IMG/VR virus record: IMGVR_UViG_3300032236_001613
Location: 264,069-328,068 of that record
DNA length: 64,000 nucleotides
Strand: one strand, 5' to 3'
The position numbers were made by a program, and so were the translations under genes. This document shows positions 31,062-38,098 of this stretch, one piece after another. A model generated the notes under the pieces. That model ran no database searches. It was not told where the DNA came from and saw only the letters and a program-made list of their open reading frames with translations. How positions within the stretch are numbered: the first letter of the stretch is position 1; the number at the start of each line of letters is the position of its first letter.

Positions 31062-31090
31062 TTGACCTACTGTTGTTTTTATGCTACAGT
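31062..31090 (+). promoter_or_regulatory. Sigma70-type promoter upstream of gp55
   Basis: TTGACC (31062-67), 17-bp spacer, TACAGT (31085-90) with extended -10 TG at 31082-83; AGGAG RBS downstream. Confidence 0.65.
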
Positions 31091-31116
31091 AACGAAATTA
31101 GGAGATTCCGAGAAGA

Positions 31117-32034
31117 ATGACAATAACAATAACACCCACCGGAAGAAAGGTAAAATATTTAAACAATAGAGACTTATTAGCAGAAATCCATAGAAGTAAA
31201 TGTAGTTATTCTAGCTTTTCTAGCCCCGAATATAATCAATACGACATCATATTAACTAGCCTCGATAAGATTAATATAAGAACAATAGCCGAAGCAAAAC
31301 GTAATAGAGCTAAAAGATTAGGTCTTGAAGCATTTAATTTAGCAAGGATTGGCGGAGATAAAAAGATTAAACTTACAGACTGCACTCCTGATTATAAAAC
31401 CATTGCTAAAAATGATATTATTATTAGAATAATGACTTTTGATCACATTCCACTTTCCCCAAATCGTAAAAAGACTGCTAAAACTACTGCAGATCGTCAT
31501 GAGAAGGTAAATTTTCCTCCTTTTCAACACTGGAAGTTTAATGATAACGACGAATTAGAGTGCGTAGGTAAAAGTCATTGGAAAGGCACATTAGATAACG
31601 GCAAGTTTAGTAAAGATCACGGAAGAATTACAGAAAATCTAGGCAGAATGTATATCAAATTAAGCGAGAGATATGCACAACGTAGTAACTGGAGAGGTTA
31701 TACTTACGTTGACGAAATGCGTGGCCAAGCAATTCTGCAGTTAAGCCAAATTGGATTACAGTTTGACGAATCAAAAAGCGAAAACCCATTCGCATATTAC
31801 ACAGCAGCAGTAACTAATTCGTTTACTCGTGTACTTAATCTAGAGAAAAAGAGCCAAAATATTAGAGACGATTTACTCGAAGTTAACGGACTGACCCCAA
31901 GCCTAACTCGTCAAACACGGGATGAATTTGCTGACGAAACTGCAAAGCAAGCAGAAATTTACAAAAATACTCGCATGCCAAAAAGTAACGAAAGCGATTT
32001 TGCTTCAGAGGACGACTCATCAGAAAACGATTGA
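31117..32034 (+). CDS. gp55: Late-transcription sigma factor, T4 gp55-like
   Basis: YLNNRDLLAEI; ITENLG.M..KL.ERY..R.NWRGYTY.DEM; FDESKSENPFAYYT....NSF; gene order 55-47-46 as in T4. Confidence 0.85.
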   Translation: MTITITPTGRKVKYLNNRDLLAEIHRSKCSYSSFSSPEYNQYDIILTSLDKINIRTIAEAKRNRAKRLGLEAFNLARIGGDKKIKLTDCTPDYKTIAKNDIIIRIMTFDHIPLSPNRKKTAKTTADRHEKVNFPPFQHWKFNDNDELECVGKSHWKGTLDNGKFSKDHGRITENLGRMYIKLSERYAQRSNWRGYTYVDEMRGQAILQLSQIGLQFDESKSENPFAYYTAAVTNSFTRVLNLEKKSQNIRDDLLEVNGLTPSLTRQTRDEFADETAKQAEIYKNTRMPKSNESDFASEDDSSEND

Positions 32035-32059
32035 TTTATTCTTTAAAGTTAGCTAAAAT
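32031..32059 (+). promoter_or_regulatory. Possible sigma70-type promoter upstream of gp47
   Basis: TTGATT, 17-bp spacer, TAAAAT, followed by an AAGGAG RBS. Confidence 0.45.
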
Positions 32060-32077
32060 TACTCAAGGAGAATATTA

Positions 32078-33091
32078 ATGTCGTTGTTTAAGAAAGTTGC
32101 AGCTTTTACAGATCTGCATGTTGGCCTAAAAGGCAATAGTCTAACTCATCTACAAGACTGTGAAGAATTTGTAGACTGGTTTATTAAGCAAGCTAAAGAT
32201 GCTGGTTGTGATACCGGCATCTTTCTAGGCGACTGGCATCACCAGAGAAATTCCATTAATCTTGTTACTCTCGACACTAGTGTGCGTCTTTTGGAAAAAC
32301 TTGGAAAAGCTTTTGACCAATTTATTTGGTTTCCTGGTAATCACGATTTATTTTTTAGAGATAAACGCGATGTGCACAGTTCATCTTTTGGACGACATAT
32401 TCCTGGTGTTACAGTAGTAGACTCTGTAACCACTATTAACGACGTTACTCTAGTTCCTTGGTTAGTTAAGGAAGAATGGAAGGCTATTTCGAAATCTAAA
32501 AGTAGATATATTTTTGGACATCTTGAGTTACCTACGTTCATGATGAATGCTATGGTTGCTGCTCCAGATCACGGATTATTGCAACCTAACCATTTTCAAA
32601 ATCAAGAACTAGTTTTTAGTGGTCACTTTCATAAAAGACAGAATAAAGGTAAAATTTGGTACATCGGCAACGCATTTCCGCATGACTTTGCAGATTCTTG
32701 GGATGATGAAAGAGGAATGATGATTATGGAATGGGGAGGAACTCCTGAATTCCATTCATGGAAAGACGCTCCTAAGTATCGTTCCGTTAAACTTAGTCAA
32801 TTAATTGAGGATAAAGATAATATTTTAAAATCTAAAATGTATCTTAAAGTTACAGCCGATGTAGAATTAAATTATGAAGAAGCTATTTTCTTAAAAGAAA
32901 GCTTTATGTCTGAAGAAACTGTGAGAGAATTTAGTATGATTAGAGATCGTGTTACATTAGACGGAGTTGAAGAAGCTCCAACAGAAGCTGCAATACAAAG
33001 TGTTGACCAAATCGTAACACAAGAATTACTTAATATTTCAAGCGAACAGTTTAGTTCTGCAACATTATTGGATATATGGCAACGTCTATGA
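32078..33091 (+). CDS. gp47: Recombination endonuclease subunit (gp47 / Mre11-SbcD metallophosphoesterase)
   Basis: DLH, LGDWHH, PGNHD, FGHLE and SGHFH motifs. Confidence 0.92.
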   Translation: MSLFKKVAAFTDLHVGLKGNSLTHLQDCEEFVDWFIKQAKDAGCDTGIFLGDWHHQRNSINLVTLDTSVRLLEKLGKAFDQFIWFPGNHDLFFRDKRDVHSSSFGRHIPGVTVVDSVTTINDVTLVPWLVKEEWKAISKSKSRYIFGHLELPTFMMNAMVAAPDHGLLQPNHFQNQELVFSGHFHKRQNKGKIWYIGNAFPHDFADSWDDERGMMIMEWGGTPEFHSWKDAPKYRSVKLSQLIEDKDNILKSKMYLKVTADVELNYEEAIFLKESFMSEETVREFSMIRDRVTLDGVEEAPTEAAIQSVDQIVTQELLNISSEQFSSATLLDIWQRL

Positions 33092-34878
33092 CAAACATTG
33101 AACTTGAAAGTATGACACTTAAGAATTTCATGAGCGTAGGTAATCAAACGCAATCCATAAATTTCAAAAGTGACTTCTTAACTTTGGTTTTAGGTACTAA
33201 CCTCGATCTTGGTGGAGAAGATACCGGTAGCCGTAACGGAACAGGTAAAACTACAATGGTTAATGGATTAAGTTACTTGTTCTACGGCGAAGCATTATCG
33301 AGAATTAAGAAAGAAAATTTAATTAATAAAACTAACGGTAAGAATATGCTGCTTACCGGATCGTTTCGAGTAAACGGCGTAAGACATCGTATTGAAAGAG
33401 GAAGAAAACCTACTTTTCTTAAACTTTATATCGACGATAAAGAACATGTTGGTAAAGATGAAGAAGAATCTCAAGGCGATAGTCGAGAAACTCAAAAATA
33501 TATCGAAAATGTAATCGGTATGAGCCACACAATGTTTAAACACATTGTGGCTCTCAACACTTATACAGAACCATTCCTTAGTTTAAAGGCTGCTGACCAA
33601 CGAGAAGTTATTGAAGAACTTATCGGAAGCACAATGTTAAGCACTAAGGCAGAATCTCTAAGACTACTAATTAAAGAAAATAAAGATGCGATTGCTGCTG
33701 AACAGATAAAAATTGATAGCATTAAAAATGCTAACGAAGGTATTCAACGTAGTATTAATTCTTTAATTCTTAAAAAAGACACGTGGGATAAGAAAAAAGA
33801 TACAGACTTAATGGAGCTAGCTAATGCAATTTCCGAACTAGAAAGTTTAGATATTAATGCCGAACTTGAAGCACATAAAAATCTAAAAGTATGGAAAGAT
33901 AATAATACTCAACTGCAAAATCTAAAAAAGCAAAAAGCTAGTGCGGATTTATCTTTAGTACAAGCTGATAGAAATGTTAAAAAATATACTGCAGAATTGG
34001 AAAAGTTAGCAGACAATAAGTGTCCTCAGTGTGAGCAAGACTTGCACAATGACACACATATTAACTTACTTGCTAATGCTGAAAAGAATTTGTCCGATGC
34101 TGTCGATTATTACAATACCGTAAAGAATAATATTGATGAGCTAAACACTCAAATTAATACTATTGGAGATATCGGTACATGTCCTACGACATTCTATGCA
34201 ACTGAAGCAGAGGCGTTGGGGCATCAAAATCAATTAACAAATTTAGAACAAGCATTAATCGACCGTAACTCACAAATTAATCCCTATACAGATCAGATTG
34301 AGGAGTTGGAAAAAACTGCCTTGCAAACTATATCTTGGGATAAGATTAATGAGTTGACAAAATTAAAAGAGCATCAAGACTTTTTACTTAAACTATTAAC
34401 TAACAAAGATAGTTTTATTCGTAAAAAGATCATTGATCAAAATCTCGCGCATTTAAATCATAGACTTAGTTACTATTTGGATAAGCTAAAACTTCCGCAT
34501 CTAGTTAAATTTAAAAATGATTTAGAAGTAGAGATTACAGATTTTGGTAAAGACCTAGACTTTGACAACCTTTCTAGAGGTGAACGCAACAGACTTATCT
34601 TAAGTATGAGCTTCGCTTTCAGAGATGTTTGGGAAAGTTTATACCAAAGTGTTAACTTGTTGTTTGTTGACGAGTTAATGGACTCAGGTATGGACTCTGC
34701 TGGAGTCGAAGCAGGGTTAAGATTATTAAAAGAAATGGCTCGTGAAGGCGGTAAAAACATTTACTTGATTTCTCATAAAGATGAATTAGTCAGTAGAGTT
34801 GACAGTATCTTGAGAGTAGTTAAAGAAAATGGTTTTACCTCGTATTCAAATTCGACCGAGCCGGTGGGATTAGTATGA
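33088..34878 (+). CDS. gp46: Recombination ATPase subunit (gp46 / Rad50-SbcC)
   Basis: KNFMSVG, Walker A NGTGKTT, coiled coil with CPQC zinc hook, LSRGE signature, LLFVDE Walker B, ISH. ATG at 33088 overlaps the gp47 stop (ATGA), so it is preferred over 33076. Confidence 0.93.
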   Translation: MTNIELESMTLKNFMSVGNQTQSINFKSDFLTLVLGTNLDLGGEDTGSRNGTGKTTMVNGLSYLFYGEALSRIKKENLINKTNGKNMLLTGSFRVNGVRHRIERGRKPTFLKLYIDDKEHVGKDEEESQGDSRETQKYIENVIGMSHTMFKHIVALNTYTEPFLSLKAADQREVIEELIGSTMLSTKAESLRLLIKENKDAIAAEQIKIDSIKNANEGIQRSINSLILKKDTWDKKKDTDLMELANAISELESLDINAELEAHKNLKVWKDNNTQLQNLKKQKASADLSLVQADRNVKKYTAELEKLADNKCPQCEQDLHNDTHINLLANAEKNLSDAVDYYNTVKNNIDELNTQINTIGDIGTCPTTFYATEAEALGHQNQLTNLEQALIDRNSQINPYTDQIEELEKTALQTISWDKINELTKLKEHQDFLLKLLTNKDSFIRKKIIDQNLAHLNHRLSYYLDKLKLPHLVKFKNDLEVEITDFGKDLDFDNLSRGERNRLILSMSFAFRDVWESLYQSVNLLFVDELMDSGMDSAGVEAGLRLLKEMAREGGKNIYLISHKDELVSRVDSILRVVKENGFTSYSNSTEPVGLV

Positions 34879-35159
34879 TAAACAAGTATATAGAATTACA
34901 TAATGAACTTATTGATCTTTTAGTAACTTATCATAATGCTCATCTAAACTTTATTAAACGACCTTCTGCTTACAGTATGGATCCTGTAATTAGAACAACA
35001 GCAAAGATATCTAGAGCATTAAGAGAAATAAAACGTTACAATAGAATATTGAGACCAGTTTTATTAGATCAAAAAAGAAAGCATGTAGAAAATAAAAGAG
35101 CCAAAAAGGAGGCAAGAAAAAATGAGCGACTCAACAGAACAAATGAAAACCGCACTTAA
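34875..35159 (+). CDS. Hypothetical basic helical protein
   Basis: ATGA-coupled to gp46; Lys/Arg-rich C-terminus. Confidence 0.6.
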   Translation: MINKYIELHNELIDLLVTYHNAHLNFIKRPSAYSMDPVIRTTAKISRALREIKRYNRILRPVLLDQKRKHVENKRAKKEARKNERLNRTNENRT

Positions 35160-35319
35160 CAGTTACCTAGCCGAGAATGACAAGTTTGTCGGTGGAAATT
35201 CAGCAGCAGGAACTCGTGCTCGCAAGGCATTAGCTGAACTCGGTAAGTTAGTTAAGGCACGTCGTAATGAAATTACAGCAGAAAAGAATGCTCGCAAGGC
35301 GTCTAAGTCTGCATCGTAA
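35122..35319 (+). CDS. Small basic protein resembling the histone H1-like (Hc1-type) family
   Basis: GNSAAGTRARKALAELGKLVKARRNEI motif; AGGAGG RBS upstream. Confidence 0.7.
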   Translation: MSDSTEQMKTALNSYLAENDKFVGGNSAAGTRARKALAELGKLVKARRNEITAEKNARKASKSAS

Positions 35320-35322
35320 ACA

Positions 35323-35748
35323 GTGACTTGGTTCTATCAAGAACAAATTGTTACTGAACTGCCCGAAGATTGTGTTGGATTTATATATCTTATTACTAAT
35401 ACAATCTCGGGCCGTATGTACGTCGGAAAAAAATTGGCTAAGTTTAGTAAAACCAAATATAAAACAGTAAAACTTAAAAACGGCAACAAGAAAAGAAAAA
35501 AAATTAAGAGCAAAATAGATTCAGATTGGCAAACATATTATGGCTCCAGTGATGAACTATCAAAAGATATAGAAAAATTAGGCAAAGAAAACTTTCGAAG
35601 AGAAATATTACATTACTGTACTAGTAAGGCACAAACATCATATCTCGAAGCAAAAGAACAATTCGACCGTCGTGTGTTAGAAACCAATGAATATTACAAT
35701 GGTCACATACGTGTTAGAATCCATGGCTCACATATAATCAAAAAATAG
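35323..35748 (+). CDS. Minimal GIY-YIG (Seg-like) endonuclease domain protein
   Basis: GFIYLITN...GRMYVGKK, YYGSS, ENFRREIL, LEAKEQ, YYN; GTG start; no appended DNA-binding domain. Confidence 0.85.
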   Translation: MTWFYQEQIVTELPEDCVGFIYLITNTISGRMYVGKKLAKFSKTKYKTVKLKNGNKKRKKIKSKIDSDWQTYYGSSDELSKDIEKLGKENFRREILHYCTSKAQTSYLEAKEQFDRRVLETNEYYNGHIRVRIHGSHIIKK

Positions 35749-35764
35749 GCAAATACACAGTTAA

Positions 35765-36125
35765 GGCTAGCATCGGCCAACCTCGGATGCCCATGATAAC
35801 CACACGAAAGTGATGGGGACGGAAATTCTCTGCGCTGTACAGAGTGTTCAACTACTATCCTTTACAGGACGAAGATCGCAAACGCCGCGGTTTAGTTGTT
35901 TAAAAGAATTTAAAGGCACAAAGATGGGGAGCGAAACCCCGAACTATTATATAAGACTAGCGGGTATATAATAGTTACCGTCATAAAGAACGCTGCTCGA
36001 GGTACCGGATGACCGCCTCTGTAATGCAGTAACGCTAGGGTTGTGATACTCAGATAATAATCACAGAAATCTTACCCATATGGTGGGTAAGTATGGCTGA
36101 TTAATCTAGATAATCTTAAATCAGT
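35765..36125 (+). ncRNA. Large structured ncRNA candidate, family not recognised
   Basis: ORF-free, GC-enriched interval with more than 10 helices readable by eye, a GAAA tetraloop, a three-way junction and a 6-bp loop pseudoknot (see findings). Strand is inferred from G-U pairs and the GNRA loop; ends are approximate. Confidence 0.7.
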
Positions 36126-36193
36126 TCTATCTTTTCTAGAAAATGGCTACGAGCGTGAGCGAAGTAGCGAGCTAGCGTAGCTGGCTCTAATAA

Positions 36194-36201
36194 TATAAAT
36201 A
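36194..36201 (+). promoter_or_regulatory. Late promoter TATAAATA
   Basis: Exact T4 late consensus 24 nt upstream of the ATG at 36226. Confidence 0.7.
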
Positions 36202-36225
36202 AATTTATTGCTGTAGGATATTAAA

Positions 36226-36939
36226 ATGAAATTATCTGATGTGTTTTCCGAAAGTGCTCTTAATGAGTTAGGGATTATTAAATCTTTTAAAGCTGGATAT
36301 CGAGCAGGTAAAAATAAAGTTCTAAATTTACCAACCGGATCACAAGTCGATAACGAACCAGCGCAAGCAACAACTAATCAAGCTGCACAACAGCAGCCTG
36401 CTCAACAGCCAAATGCTCAAAATACAACACAACAACCTTCTCGCACAACGACACAAGCAGCAACTACTCCAGCGGAACCACCTACCGCTGCACAAAACAT
36501 TGCATCTCAACAAGCACTTAATCAAAAATTATCGGCAGGTAATCAAAACACTAACGATTATCTTAAAAGTATAGCTGCACAGATAAAGTCTGAGCCAGAT
36601 ACTAACAAGAAAATTGAATTAGGTAGAGAATTAATTAACTTTGTTGCAGATCGTCATAGTCAGCCTAACTGGGGGACTTTATCAGGCGTAGCTGGCAGTA
36701 TAATTAAAAAGAATATACCGGATCCAAATTTTGTTAAGCCAGCATTAGAAAAAATTAAGGACGGTGGACATATCGGTACTGACGAATTAGAATCCATAAA
36801 TTACATGCTTGAAACTGTAGGATTAAGCCTATTAGACTTAGGATTAGAAGCTGTTCTAACAGAAAGCAAAGGTTCTTATATTTTAAGACGTGTAGTAGAT
36901 ACATCTATTTTAGATTTACGTAAGCTAGCAGGACTATAA
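36226..36939 (+). CDS. Hypothetical late protein, probably an internal head protein
   Basis: Late promoter and AGGA RBS; Q/T/A/P-rich linker; C-terminus LRKLAGL nearly identical to the scaffold C-terminus. Confidence 0.65.
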   Translation: MKLSDVFSESALNELGIIKSFKAGYRAGKNKVLNLPTGSQVDNEPAQATTNQAAQQQPAQQPNAQNTTQQPSRTTTQAATTPAEPPTAAQNIASQQALNQKLSAGNQNTNDYLKSIAAQIKSEPDTNKKIELGRELINFVADRHSQPNWGTLSGVAGSIIKKNIPDPNFVKPALEKIKDGGHIGTDELESINYMLETVGLSLLDLGLEAVLTESKGSYILRRVVDTSILDLRKLAGL

Positions 36940-37158
36940 TTAGAAGAAAGGTAGTCCACTTTCCTTAGTAGTTTCTAAGTTGTTTTCGATGATCTTACTA
37001 ATAACCGATCGATCCTGATAGTCTAGCTGATATGCTTCGGTAATAGTTACACCACCACGCATAAACCAGCAAATTCTAAATAGTTCATCTTTAATGGCCT
37101 TTGTTTCTTTTTCTAAGTCTTGTGATAACTGGTCAATTTCATTAAGACTAAGAGACAA
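36940..37158 (-). CDS. gp51-like baseplate hub / tail assembly chaperone, probably the -1 frameshift extension of the upstream ORF
   Basis: ELFRICWFMRGGVT.TEAYQL...DR..I pattern; only a TTG start with no well-spaced RBS; frame stays open back through the slippery site. Confidence 0.7.
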   Translation of the reverse strand: MSLSLNEIDQLSQDLEKETKAIKDELFRICWFMRGGVTITEAYQLDYQDRSVISKIIENNLETTKESGLPFF

Positions 37159-37163
37159 AAGCC

Positions 37164-38024
37164 TTACCCGAAAAAAGTTGCAGGATCGAATACAATAGGA
37201 ATCTCAATATCAGCAGTTGATCCAAGTGCAATCATTTCTTCAGATGCTTGAACTCGTAAAGGTTTGATAGAATTTTGTTCTCTTAGAAGATCTATATGAT
37301 CTTTAATAATGTTAAACATACTTCTGTCACAGTTTTCTATAAATTCTTTTATAAATTCTTGATCAGTTACTACTCCTGATGTAGTTTCAATAGCTACTAT
37401 AGAATCAGTAATTACATTTAGTGTAAGGTCAGTTAATTTATTAAAGCTCTTTTTAAATAATTCAGTTTTTTCTTCCTCGCTTAACTCATTATCGTTAACT
37501 AAATTAAAAATTCTTTGAGTTTCAAATGTTTGGCTAGCAGCTTGAGATAACTTTTTATAATTTAATGGGCGTACATGTACTTTTAAATTTGTAGATATTT
37601 CAATTAACTCGTTCCATTTAACATTAGAATATAAGCTATCGATAATTTGTTTTAAATCTACAGAATATGCAGCTTCGATACCTTTAACTGTTACATTAGC
37701 ATCCATTTTTTCGCCATAAGTAGCTAATCTTATTGCTACTAAAATAATATCTAAATCAATTTGGGGACATTCCCATGCATTTATTACATTAGGTAAACAA
37801 CTTTGTATAACATCAACTACAGCCTGTCCGTTTAATAGTGCATCAGGAGTTTTTAAAATTAACTCATCTTTAGCAGTCATGGAATAAACCGGGTATTCAC
37901 CATTTGCGCTAACATTTAAAGATCCTTCAGGCCAATAATTTCCGTTACTTGGAAACCGAATATAAATCTTTGGTTGCCTCATCATGCCCATTAAGGGATT
38001 GATTTTTTGAGGGGAATTTTGCAT
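37164..38024 (-). CDS. gp26-like baseplate hub subunit / tail assembly chaperone
   Basis: RQPKIYIRFPS.G, MTAKDELILK, IQSC, DLDIILVAIRLATYGE motifs. Confidence 0.75.
   Translation of the reverse strand: MQNSPQKINPLMGMMRQPKIYIRFPSNGNYWPEGSLNVSANGEYPVYSMTAKDELILKTPDALLNGQAVVDVIQSCLPNVINAWECPQIDLDIILVAIRLATYGEKMDANVTVKGIEAAYSVDLKQIIDSLYSNVKWNELIEISTNLKVHVRPLNYKKLSQAASQTFETQRIFNLVNDNELSEEEKTELFKKSFNKLTDLTLNVITDSIVAIETTSGVVTDQEFIKEFIENCDRSMFNIIKDHIDLLREQNSIKPLRVQASEEMIALGSTADIEIPIVFDPATFFG
37170..37176 (-). other. Putative programmed -1 ribosomal frameshift site (T TTT TTC)
   Basis: In-frame X XXY YYZ heptamer one codon before the stop; the -1 frame is the 36940-37158 ORF. Confidence 0.7.
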
Positions 38025-38036
38025 ATGTTAGACTCC

Positions 38037-38070
38037 GATAAATAATTGATGCTTTATAAAAATATTTATC
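38037..38070. promoter_or_regulatory. Face-to-face late promoters GATAAATA (plus 38037-44; minus 38063-70)
   Basis: Perfect 8-bp inverted pair in the divergent intergenic region. Confidence 0.6.
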
Positions 38071-38098
38071 TACGCAGTTAACCTGGAATTTTAAATAC

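Noticed and set aside
35849-35898. Hammerhead ribozyme (three-way junction with TCCT..AGGAC-GAA)
   Set aside because: The CUGANGA core and the GAAA/UH cleavage geometry are absent.
35323-36125. Group I intron carrying a GIY-YIG homing endonuclease
   Set aside because: No interrupted host gene flanks it (both neighbours look complete) and I could not find P7/J8-7 core motifs. A covariance-model search is needed to exclude a derived form.
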